The notes beneath the pieces were generated by a model that was not told where the DNA came from, ran no database searches, and saw only the letters and a program-made list of their open reading frames with translations. A stretch of DNA of 64,000 nucleotides from an uncultured virus (IMG/VR IMGVR_UViG_2871731064_000001) (taxonomy: Duplodnaviria > Heunggongvirae > Uroviricota > Caudoviricetes). Location of the stretch: the IMG/VR virus record IMGVR_UViG_2871731064_000001. One strand, written 5' to 3'. A program made the translations under genes and the position numbers. This document shows positions 17,273 to 25,443 of the stretch, one piece after another (within the stretch, counting starts at the first letter, position 1; each line of letters starts with the position of its first letter).

Positions 17273-18562
17273 ATGACTACTCTCGCTCCACTCCAGCAGC
17301 TGCAAAATCTCCCTGAATGCAACGTTGATGACGATGTACTTCACCAGGCCTTTGTCACCGCCTACGGCCAGCTTAATTCCGTCCGTAAACGCCTGACGCT
17401 CGATGACCTGGAGCTGCGCCTTCTTGATAACTGCACTAATGCGCTGGAGCAGATCCAGATCGATATCGGTATGCGCCTCAATTATGAAGCGGATACCTAC
17501 AATCTGATGTTAGAAGCGCTGGAGCAGGTACAGCAGCAGCTGGCCGTGCAGTCCGCACTGCATAACGAAGTAACGAAAATCCGTCTCGATGCGCAGAACG
17601 CCATTGAAGAAGCCAGAGACGCGGCAAAAGAAAGCATGCTGGAAGCAGAGAACCGCGCAATCAGAGCGGAAACGAAGCTGCAGAATATGGAGTCAGCCCT
17701 GACGACCGCACAGCTGGCCCTAGCCACGCTGAATCAGGAGCACTCGCAGTATCGCCGTAAGCACCCTGAACGCCTGGCAACTGACCTGAACGAGCGGGAC
17801 AAAACCATTTCGCAAATGCGCGCTGACCGCAAAAAGGAAAGCGTTAAACGCCAGGACTTACAGAGCAAACTGAACATCGCGGATAAGGTTGTAGGCGATG
17901 AGCGCCGCCAGCGCGCTGAGACGGCTAACGATCTGCTTAAGACAACCGCGCTGTATAACCACCTGAAAGAGCGCGTCGATTTTCACGATGGCCGGGAAGA
18001 CGTGCAGCAGTTCCTGCTTCAGCTGCCGGACGGCTCCGGTGACGTGGGCTGCTATATCTACAACTTCCACTTTGGTCTGAGCGTCTTCCACGGCATCCGC
18101 GACGTCTCTATTGAGACGGCTGATTTCCATTTCCAGATCCGCACCGCGATGATGCTGGCAATGGACGTAGTGCCAGGTATATGGGGCAATCCGGTATTCC
18201 GCCTGCTGCCGGATCTTGAGCCGATGTGGGATACCGCTGTTAACGACGAGCTCCACGCACGGATCATGAAGCGCGTAGCGCAGGATTTCCCGCGTCTCCA
18301 CCAGCGCATTCTGGATGGCAAAGCCGCGCCGGTCTCTGAGCTGGCCATACCGACACGCGCCCTTAACGCACTGACTAAGGCCGGATATGAGACGGTTGCC
18401 GATGCTGGTGGCGAGCTGCCTGCTGAGCTGGCGAAAGTGAAGGGGCTAAGCGAGGCTTCTGTGATGGAGATCCGCGCTGCCGTGAACAGCTGGTGCATAA
18501 AATGGGCGAAAGCCAACGGCGATATTGAGAACATTACAAACCCGAAAGTAAAGCGCCGCTAA
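17273..18562 (+). CDS. Coiled-coil protein with a C-terminal HhH/alpha-CTD-like domain, P1 PmgS-like
   Basis: Long heptad region; ELAIPTRALNALTKAGYETVAD…LAKVKGLS pattern; N-terminus resembles P1 PmgS from memory. Confidence 0.6.
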   Translation: MTTLAPLQQLQNLPECNVDDDVLHQAFVTAYGQLNSVRKRLTLDDLELRLLDNCTNALEQIQIDIGMRLNYEADTYNLMLEALEQVQQQLAVQSALHNEVTKIRLDAQNAIEEARDAAKESMLEAENRAIRAETKLQNMESALTTAQLALATLNQEHSQYRRKHPERLATDLNERDKTISQMRADRKKESVKRQDLQSKLNIADKVVGDERRQRAETANDLLKTTALYNHLKERVDFHDGREDVQQFLLQLPDGSGDVGCYIYNFHFGLSVFHGIRDVSIETADFHFQIRTAMMLAMDVVPGIWGNPVFRLLPDLEPMWDTAVNDELHARIMKRVAQDFPRLHQRILDGKAAPVSELAIPTRALNALTKAGYETVADAGGELPAELAKVKGLSEASVMEIRAAVNSWCIKWAKANGDIENITNPKVKRR

Positions 18563-18592
18563 CTCTCATACACCTCTCTACATTCGCTTTGA

Positions 18593-18648
18593 AAATCTAA
18601 GAAAACTCTTAGATTTTCATTGCTTCATAACTCCGTTTTGTGTACATT
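18593..18648 (+). promoter_or_regulatory. Putative C1 operator with adjacent sigma70 promoter
   Basis: GAAAATCTAAGAAAACTCTTAGATTTTC inverted repeat, then TTGCTT-N17-TACATT. Confidence 0.65.
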
Positions 18649-18794
18649 TCTCCCCGCTGACAAGGGCATCACGACTCTATACAAAATCATGGTAGGCATT
18701 TGGCGGGTTAGGCATAACTGTCTGTTTAATCCGCGTTTTTTCACATATCAAAGTCTATTCCAGAGTAGGCTTTGCTGTGTGTGTAGGATTTTAT

Positions 18795-18819
18795 GCCCGG
18801 TAGTTTCCGGGCTTTTTTT
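18795..18819 (+). terminator. Intrinsic terminator
   Basis: GCCCGG-TAGTTT-CCGGGC-TTTTTTT. Confidence 0.75.
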
Positions 18820-18995
18820 CAGGTTCAGCCGTGAGCGCATCAAGGTGTGCTGACGGCTGAAACGGGGAAACGCTTCGGCAGCGAGGCAAACGCAATGCAA
18901 ATCTGGCAGGTGCCTCCACACCTATTTGTTACGCAAGCGGGCAGGTTGACCAGATACCTAAGTGTCCGCGCCGGGTATGCACCGGCAATTATTCA

Positions 18996-19068
18996 GCATG
19001 GGTAGCGAAGAGGCCGAACGCAGAAGTTGTTAAGTCCGCCGCCGGTTCAAATCCGGCCCCATGCACCA
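18996..19068 (+). tRNA. tRNA-like gene with intact acceptor, D and T arms and encoded CCA, but a defective anticodon arm
   Basis: GCATGGG/CCCATGC-A-CCA; GCCGG-TTCAAAT-CCGGC; GCG…CGC D arm; only 18 nt with no stem between the D and T arms. Confidence 0.7.
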
Positions 19069-19240
19069 GTTCGTAACGGGCCGCCCCCGGTTATTAGCTT
19101 TTTCCGGGTGTGTTATGAGTAGGGTGAACGGCAAGTAGCCCCTCCTGTCATGGCAGTGAACGCGGTTGATGGACTAATCCCGCGCATAGAACGCCCCATG
19201 AGGCTTAAACATGTTCCCGCCTGATCCTCGTAAGGGATCA

Positions 19241-19435
19241 CCATTTGTGAGCGCGCTGGTGCTTCTGTCGTTTTACTGGCGTTTGGCGAAAGATTACCTC
19301 TGTCAGCGCGCTCACAAATGGGGGAATGCGGCTATGCGCACGCGGGACGGAACAGTTACCTGACGTTTTGCAAATTCCTTTACATGACCCGTCCGTAGAT
19401 TCCGTATCGGACAGCTGGTGGCACCAGCCCCCCAT
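19241..19435 (+). ncRNA. Structured RNA module A (18-bp hairpin plus tRNA-like fold)
   Basis: Perfect inverted repeat 19241-19258/19304-19321; ATGGGGG/CCCCCAT stem stacked on GCTGG-TGGCA-CCAGC. Confidence 0.55.
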
Positions 19436-19546
19436 GCATTACACGTCAACACCAGGCGATGCCCTGTTTACTGGCTAATTTGGCTGGTGGCGGGGCAGGG
19501 TATCGGCAGACCTCAACACGCCGTGACTGCTGGTAAAGTCCAGCCC

Positions 19547-19781
19547 ATAACGGCGAGGACACTGGCAGGTGACTGAAAATAACACCTGGCGCGTGGTTGC
19601 TCAGTGTTCTCGACCGTTGTGGTGATCGCTTAAACACACCGTAGGAGTTGTGGATCTGGAATCCACGGGGCGAAAGCCTTGTCTGTGAATCAACACAGGT
19701 GGTCAGCGATGGGCTGCGAAAGCAAAGCGGGTTTAAGTCCTGCCTCATTGAACAATCGCGCTAACGGAAAACGGTCACAAC
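19547..19781 (+). ncRNA. Structured RNA module B
   Basis: ATAACGGCGAGGACACTG…CAGTGTTCTCGACCGTTGT hairpin; several short hairpins with GAAA-containing loops; GTTGTGG…TCACAAC closing pairing. Confidence 0.5.
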
Positions 19782-19811
19782 AACCCTTTTTAAACCTCAC
19801 CGGGGAACGCT

Positions 19812-20246
19812 ATGTTTGGCAAAATTTTTGGCAAGAAAGCAGCAGCAGCACGTCAGGAACTGAAGAAGATTGAAAACCGCGACCTGATGGAAGCGATCGT
19901 TGGCGGTTGCCTGCTTGTGGCTGCAGCTGATGGGTCTATCGATCAGTCGGAGCTGGACAAGCTGGATAAGCTGCTTCGTTCGAACGCCAACCTGTCGCAT
20001 TTTGGTCCTGAAATTACGCAGAGCATTACCCGCTTTAAAGAGCAGCTTGAAGCCGGTTTTCGCGTAGGAAAGAACAAAATCTTAGAAGAAATTCAGGACA
20101 TTAAAAACGACCAGAAAGAGGCGGTTGAAGTGTTCGTGAACATGATCACTCTGGCTGAGGCTGATGGTGATATCGCGCCGGAAGAAAAGAAAGTTATCGA
20201 AGAAGTTGGCCGTGTGCTGGGCCTGCGTTACGACGATTACGTGTAA
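19812..20246 (+). CDS. tciA: TerB-family protein, P1 TciA-like
   Basis: ENRDLMEAIVGGCLLVAAADG…AEADG.I..EE. Confidence 0.88.
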   Translation: MFGKIFGKKAAAARQELKKIENRDLMEAIVGGCLLVAAADGSIDQSELDKLDKLLRSNANLSHFGPEITQSITRFKEQLEAGFRVGKNKILEEIQDIKNDQKEAVEVFVNMITLAEADGDIAPEEKKVIEEVGRVLGLRYDDYV

Positions 20247-20410
20247 TGAAACTCCGTCTTTTCTTTGCCGCGCTGCTGCTTCTGCTGGCCATACTGGTGG
20301 ACTTCACCAGTAGGATCCTATCGGTAGGAGCTGATTTGGCATTAATCGGCCTGGCTATTTACGTCGCCATGCCTTTTTTAAAGTTCGCATTTAAGGCAGC
20401 AAAGAAATAA
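20246..20410 (+). CDS. tciB: Small hydrophobic TciB-like protein (54 aa, absent from the ORF track)
   Basis: Coupled to tciA (TAATG); MKLRLFFAALLLLLAILVDFTSRILSVGAD…. Confidence 0.75.
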   Translation: MKLRLFFAALLLLLAILVDFTSRILSVGADLALIGLAIYVAMPFLKFAFKAAKK

Positions 20411-20630
20411 ACGGCCAGTAACGATATGCCAGAGATCCCTGCTGGTGGCCGAAAGTGGGACATGTGGGTGCGGAGTCTGGCGTTTAAATGGGTTTCAACG
20501 CAACTGGGTTATCCGGTCAACACAGAATGTCATCCAGCCAGCGGACAAGTTGCTGCCATTACAGGTTGAGCGCCTGGGCGGTTAGTTCTGACAGCTGGAA
20601 TAGACAGCATTCCTCTACGAAGGACGCATT

Positions 20631-20759
20631 ATGTCGTTATCAGAATTTGCTGCAGAGCACCCGTTTCTCACCGTGATCTACGCGCTGGTGACCATCTATG
20701 CCATCGAGACGTTCATTAAGGCAGCAAGAGGCGGCAGGAAGAGGCAGCGCCGCAAATAA
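20631..20759 (+). CDS. 42-aa single-TM protein with a basic tail (absent from the ORF track)
   Basis: GAAGGA RBS; MSLSEFAAEHPFLTVIYALVTIYAIETFIKAARGGRKRQRRK. Confidence 0.6.
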   Translation: MSLSEFAAEHPFLTVIYALVTIYAIETFIKAARGGRKRQRRK

Positions 20760-20766
20760 GGTACAC

Positions 20767-20980
20767 CAACAGGAAAGAGCATTGATGCTTTGCGCAAAGC
20801 GCCATTGGACTAGGAATGGTCAGTGCTCTATCCGTTGTGGTGCATTCGTAGTTGCTGCTGCGATCGCAAGACTGGCCCCCGCTTCTTCAGTCGCGTACAC
20901 AGGGGTTAAAGCCGCCAGTAACCAGGTTGACCAGTCACTTGAGAGGTTATTTGCCGGGTATGGCACCGGCCACCACCAAC
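20767..20980 (+). ncRNA. Structured RNA module C (hairpin plus tRNA-like fold)
   Basis: CAACAGGAAAGAGCATTGA…TCAGTGCTCTATCCGTTG; TGGTG/CACCA stem on GCCGG-GTATGGCA-CCGGC; internal GACTGG/CCAGTC stem. Confidence 0.55.
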
Positions 20981-21004
20981 GTCACCAATTACTACAGGCA
21001 GAAT

Positions 21005-21400
21005 ATGAATCCGATTAAGCAGATTATTGTCGCACATGCTGTACCAGTCGCCGTCAGTCGCGTTATGACGAGCATTGATGAATATAAATTCCTTATTGAG
21101 GGCAGTCAGTCACAGGAACAGGTGATGCTTTCAGAAGCCGAACTTATGGCTAAGTATCTGCCGGTCGGTGATATCAGTCATTTGCCTGAATTTCTCCAGC
21201 GCGTCCATATTGAGCGCGCCCAGCTTGCGCACAGAGTCAGCAAACTAACTGCTTACATCAGCACGGCTGGTTTTCTGGAGCTGCACGACAATGACCGTCA
21301 CCTTCTGGAGCACCAATTAGATGCTATGAGTGCTTACCGCCGTATCCTGGATGAACGGATCGATAATCACGCAGGAAAGCTGCTGGAAAAGTTAGCTTAG
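21005..21400 (+). CDS. Protein with a C-terminal crAss001_48-like helical domain
   Basis: FLQRVHIERAQL..RVSKL..YI….F.EL…D..LL..QL.AM..Y..IL.ERI; start moved to the ATG at 21005. Confidence 0.65.
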   Translation: MNPIKQIIVAHAVPVAVSRVMTSIDEYKFLIEGSQSQEQVMLSEAELMAKYLPVGDISHLPEFLQRVHIERAQLAHRVSKLTAYISTAGFLELHDNDRHLLEHQLDAMSAYRRILDERIDNHAGKLLEKLA

Positions 21401-21611
21401 AATTAATTGAGCTGGTGGCCATTAGGGTAATTCGGGCAAAATTCATGACACCTGGCAGCCAGCTTATTTGGACACAAAGCGCATGAGTGACAGCACCTAC
21501 ACAAAGACCATCAGAGCTATGCAGTTTGCCATGTTTCACGGCCTGCTGAATGCCGGACTGTTTGCCGGTCATAAATGGCTTGTCGCGCAGCTGGTGGCGG
21601 GCTGATACAGG

Positions 21612-21747
21612 ACAACAGGTAAGAGCGCCTGCAACGTGCTTTTACCGTTGTGCTGTCGCTTAAGGGGAGTAGCCGCCGTTCCATTGAATAGCCGTAAGGC
21701 CTGATGGGGACAGACGGACGGTAGCCGGTTCGAATCCGGGCAGCACA
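21612..21747 (+). ncRNA. Structured RNA module D (hairpin plus tRNA-like fold with a canonical T-loop)
   Basis: ACAACAGGTAAGAGC…GCTTTTACCGTTGT; TGTGCTGT/GCAGCACA acceptor-like stem; CCGG-TTCGAAT-CCGG. Confidence 0.6.
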
Positions 21748-21887
21748 ATGTCATTACAGCCAACTGGCCACGCGCCGGCGCAGGCTTCAAATTATCGCCG
21801 TGCGTATCCCACGCCGGACTTAACCAGGTGAACTTTAATCACCGGCACCTGCCGGGGATTCTGCACGCCTACAGGAAGAGAAAACGC

Positions 21888-22136
21888 ATGAAAAAGATCG
21901 CACTGATGGGCGCATTGATGGGAAGTCTCAGCTGGGTAGCCCGCCGTCCGCCAACCGTTCCCGTGCCGCAGGTAAGAACATTGCTGGTGGGCGATACCCG
22001 GCCACCGGCGCAGGAAGAGATCGAACAGGGAATACGTCGTTTGGCCACAAGCATTGCAGAAGCACAGCAGCACTGGGCCGCAGAGAAGAGACGCAGACAT
22101 ACAGCGCAGAAGCGCAAACAAAAACGAGGCTACTGA
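21888..22136 (+). CDS. Hypothetical basic protein
   Basis: AGGAAGAG upstream of ATG; abuts the next gene. Confidence 0.5.
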   Translation: MKKIALMGALMGSLSWVARRPPTVPVPQVRTLLVGDTRPPAQEEIEQGIRRLATSIAEAQQHWAAEKRRRHTAQKRKQKRGY

Positions 22137-22138
22137 TA

Positions 22139-22723
22139 ATGATGACCGCTCAACAATTAAATGCCACGATCGCTATGTTCGCAGACGCCGAAGCTGACTA
22201 CGCAGGCGACTATATGGCACTTCTGGCGGTCATTGCCCGTCTTGGATACACCATTACAGAGACGTCCGAGACCAAAAACACCGGATATGCCGCCGTTATC
22301 AGCAAAAGTGGCCTGACAATGACCGGTTATGGCGAAACCCTGAACCACGCCGCCTGTGTCGCGCTGATTAAGTTGAACGATCTCATACTGCGTAATGAAG
22401 CGATGATTGAGACGGGCGAACTGAATTTCAGGCAGGAGCATGCACCGCTGGCCGTGGCACAGCTATGGCTATCTGAAGGCTGTAAGGTGGCACGGGAAAC
22501 ATGGGGGAAGGGAGTTTATCTCCGACTCAACAGAGGCGCGATGCGCGCCGCGCTGAAGGGAACAGACATGTACGGCGTACCGGCCCGTTACTTTGACTGC
22601 AGCCCGGAGACTACTGTCACGCAGATGCCTCAGCTTTTACTTATTGATGCCGAAAGGCTGACTGTCTCCGACTGGTCGCCTGCTTCTACCGATCTTCTCG
22701 CATGCGACTGGAAGCTGGTCTAA
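22139..22723 (+). CDS. Two-domain protein with a C-terminal DUF2829/Tad2-like domain
   Basis: LSEGCKVARETWG…WSPASTDLLACDWKLV. Confidence 0.72.
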   Translation: MMTAQQLNATIAMFADAEADYAGDYMALLAVIARLGYTITETSETKNTGYAAVISKSGLTMTGYGETLNHAACVALIKLNDLILRNEAMIETGELNFRQEHAPLAVAQLWLSEGCKVARETWGKGVYLRLNRGAMRAALKGTDMYGVPARYFDCSPETTVTQMPQLLLIDAERLTVSDWSPASTDLLACDWKLV

Positions 22724-23141
22724 TAGCGGCAATGATAATCAGTAGTCTGGACGTGACAGAGTAACTTTATGATTCAGAGTAGTTAGCCACCACCTGATAC
22801 ACGATCGCCGGGTGAATACCCTCATCCGGCACCCGGAAAACATTGCGCATCGTTCAAACTCTAAGTAACACATCCGGTTTATCCGTGATAATACAGCCCG
22901 GAACTATAACTTATTATGGCCCTACTGAAGGCCATTAAGAGTGCTGGAGTACACTGCCAGTACTGCGATCTTCACATCCTTATAAAGCCCACCAGCCAGT
23001 TTAGCCTTACGCCTGTCATAGCCAGAATCATCCTGAAAACCCATTCATACCTGCTAATAATGGCGATATTTACATCGTTCGCACTTGCTCGGATTACACA
23101 ATCCTTAGAATTGCTTGTAGTCAATTCAAGCGGAGCAGTAC

Positions 23142-23549
23142 ATGGAACAAAAGGTGAGCAGTATAGAGGTAGCCGATCTGTTAATACGCAGACGGGACTA
23201 CATGACTGTGGCCGAAGTCACTAAGCTGGTGGAAACTGAATACCCGCACTTAGTGGTGAATACCGGCATTATCTCCAATATCCTGCGCTCCTTTGTTCGT
23301 TCGCCGTTCGCACAATGCCGTGTACATCCCGACGCGTATCCCCGCCAGTATCGGCTGGAGGCCATGAACGGCTATATCTTCAAGGTACGCGGAAGAAAGG
23401 ATCTCAATTACGGTTCGCTGTGTGTGGAAAGCGCCACGAAGCAGGTTCTACAGAAAAAGGAAATGGAGCAAATGTCGGTGTGCGCAATGGCAAGGGAACT
23501 GATGGATATGTGCAGAAGGGGGAGAATAGAGAATGCCCCGCTCATGTGA
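23142..23549 (+). CDS. lpa: Late promoter activator Lpa
   Basis: EVADLLI…YPHL…ISNILRSFVRSP; upstream of pacA as in P1; operator-like CCTTAGAATTGC upstream. Confidence 0.7.
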   Translation: MEQKVSSIEVADLLIRRRDYMTVAEVTKLVETEYPHLVVNTGIISNILRSFVRSPFAQCRVHPDAYPRQYRLEAMNGYIFKVRGRKDLNYGSLCVESATKQVLQKKEMEQMSVCAMARELMDMCRRGRIENAPLM

Positions 23550-23570
23550 ACGGGGCTGGGATAATCAGGA

Positions 23571-24131
23571 CTATCCGGCGTTCTTTTTGCTAGCCTGAAG
23601 CAGGTTACGTGCTTTACCTGCTTTGGCCATTGACGGACTGCCCCATGCCTGTGGCTTATCATCTTCGTCCGAAGACTCCGATGTACTCCGGGCAGGAGCC
23701 GCGACAGGCTGCTCAGGCTCACTGGCAGTAGCTACCGGATCAGCAGGCAGGGCTTCTGCTGCTGGTGGCACTACTGACTCTGGCATAGCCTGTTCCGCCG
23801 CTGGTGGCGCTGACTGTACGGCTGCTGGCGCTGACGGAGCAGCAGCAACCGGCACGCCAGCGCTTTCACCCAGCAGAGCGCTGATCATGGTAAGCAGACG
23901 CTGCAGGCGCTCACGCTCAGACATTTTCAGGAACTTCTTTCCGTCCGTTGTCTGCAACAGTTCGATGACGGGACTTAAGCCCATTTCATCCAGCGCGTAG
24001 CCACTGCGTACCAGACGCACCAGGTAGCTACGCTTCGCCGCGTTGGTCTGTAACCGGTTATATTCATTCAGAGCAGCGCCGGTAAGTAACCCGTCGTCCT
24101 CCAGCCCACTTAATCTTAATACCTGACTCAT
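23571..24131 (-). CDS. ParR/StbB-like partition adaptor
   Basis: Directly downstream of parM; RHH-like N-terminus and Pro/Ala-rich disordered tail. Confidence 0.6.
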   Translation of the reverse strand: MSQVLRLSGLEDDGLLTGAALNEYNRLQTNAAKRSYLVRLVRSGYALDEMGLSPVIELLQTTDGKKFLKMSERERLQRLLTMISALLGESAGVPVAAAPSAPAAVQSAPPAAEQAMPESVVPPAAEALPADPVATASEPEQPVAAPARSTSESSDEDDKPQAWGSPSMAKAGKARNLLQASKKNAG

Positions 24132-24133
24132 AG

Positions 24134-25258
24134 TTAACCTTTATCGCTGGCGCGGCTTTTAATGTCGCTTACGGTCGCCGTTTCTTTGATCGTGTCACGT
24201 AGCTCTTCTTCTGATGACATAAGCGCCATGAATACGCCACGCGCAATGGAAAGCTCTGGCTGTGCCGGGATGATGACCATATCGTGCCAGTCAGCTGTAT
24301 GGTCGCTCAGGCCTGCCTGACGGCCTGCCAGATAGTTAGCACCGCCACCGACAACCAGAACAGCGTCAAGGGCGATTACGTTGCGCAGCAGAGAGCGTAC
24401 GTCACGCCAGATTTCAGACGCCAGCTCACCCGCTGCCTGATCGATAACGCTGGTTACGTCGATACGCTTGTCTTTGGCTGCTTCCATACGGGAGCCGATG
24501 TAACCCTGACGGATAATGTCGTCCACGATACCAACCGGGATTTCTTCTGCGTTGAATGAGCGGCCAGAACTCTTTTCGAACTCCTGCAGCAGCACCAGAA
24601 CGCGGTTAATCATCTTCTGAATGCCATGCTCAAAGCTGGCCTTTTTAATTGGCACCAGCTCTTCATCCACGATAGCGATATCACAGGTGAATCTGCCGAT
24701 ATCAATCACCAGAATGGTCTGAGCCTGCTCCAGGTCAGGAAATTCGGACTGCGCGGCCAGAATCGCCGGTACAGCTTCCGGGAAGACCGCAACGTGTTTG
24801 ATGCGCGCCGGAGCAACGTCGCCGCTGTAGTTGCGCACAGGCTTTTTCAGGCTTTCAACTTTGCGGTTGATGCGGTCCTGATTGATAACGCCGGTGCCGC
24901 TGTAGAATTGTCCGATTGGTAGGGTTTCACCCAGGATGACGTCACAATCCACGATGCCAGCACGTTTCAGGCATTCATGAACCAGCACGCGGTGTGGAGC
25001 GGAAATCTGGTAGTCCGGGTCGCAGGTGTCGTACAGGTCAGTAAAGCCCTTTTTCACGACGGTATAGGCTGCTTCATTGCCGTTACCGTTTTCGGTAAAC
25101 CAGGTAGATGACGCATTGTTTGAATAGGACTGCTGGTGGCCTTCATGAACCAGCGACGGGGTGATAAGGGAAAGCCATTGGCCTTTTTCCTCATAGGCAA
25201 TCGTTACATTGCCTGAACCCGCATCTACAGCTACTAAAACAGCTTTCTTATTAGTCAT
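24134..25258 (-). CDS. parM: ParM/StbA actin-like partition ATPase
   Basis: VAVDAGSG, FPEA, VIDIGRFTCD and VVGGGA actin-fold motifs. Confidence 0.9.
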   Translation of the reverse strand: MTNKKAVLVAVDAGSGNVTIAYEEKGQWLSLITPSLVHEGHQQSYSNNASSTWFTENGNGNEAAYTVVKKGFTDLYDTCDPDYQISAPHRVLVHECLKRAGIVDCDVILGETLPIGQFYSGTGVINQDRINRKVESLKKPVRNYSGDVAPARIKHVAVFPEAVPAILAAQSEFPDLEQAQTILVIDIGRFTCDIAIVDEELVPIKKASFEHGIQKMINRVLVLLQEFEKSSGRSFNAEEIPVGIVDDIIRQGYIGSRMEAAKDKRIDVTSVIDQAAGELASEIWRDVRSLLRNVIALDAVLVVGGGANYLAGRQAGLSDHTADWHDMVIIPAQPELSIARGVFMALMSSEEELRDTIKETATVSDIKSRASDKG

Positions 25259-25389
25259 TTAAATTATCCAGTGGTTTATTTCGTACTTTGATTGAGATTC
25301 AAAAGTACCACTAATTTTAAAAAAATGACACTTAAACGGTAACTTTCCAGCTCGTTTGTGTAGTCCCTGATCATTATTGTGATCACTGC

Positions 25390-25410
25390 AAATTACAGAC
25401 TCCATACCAT
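25390..25410 (+). promoter_or_regulatory. Putative late promoter for pacA
   Basis: AAATTACA-N7-TACCAT. Confidence 0.7.
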
Positions 25411-25443
25411 CCCGGTTTATTGGCCTTTTTTGAACGATAAACC

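Noticed and set aside
18996..19068. Functional tRNA-Asn(GTT) or tRNA-Leu(TAA) call
   Set aside because: No anticodon stem can be formed, so no anticodon was assigned
18620..19873. Short ORFs called across the RNA cluster
   Set aside because: No RBS or protein-like composition; dense base-pairing explains the region better
18753..20605. 11-nt complementarity between GTCTATTCCAG (18753) and CTGGAATAGAC (20595)
   Set aside because: Short enough to arise by chance over several kb, and there is no second pairing site
20698..21004. ORF 20698-21018 and the upstream extension of ORF 20852-21400
   Set aside because: They run through RNA module C; the ATG at 21005 is the more plausible start
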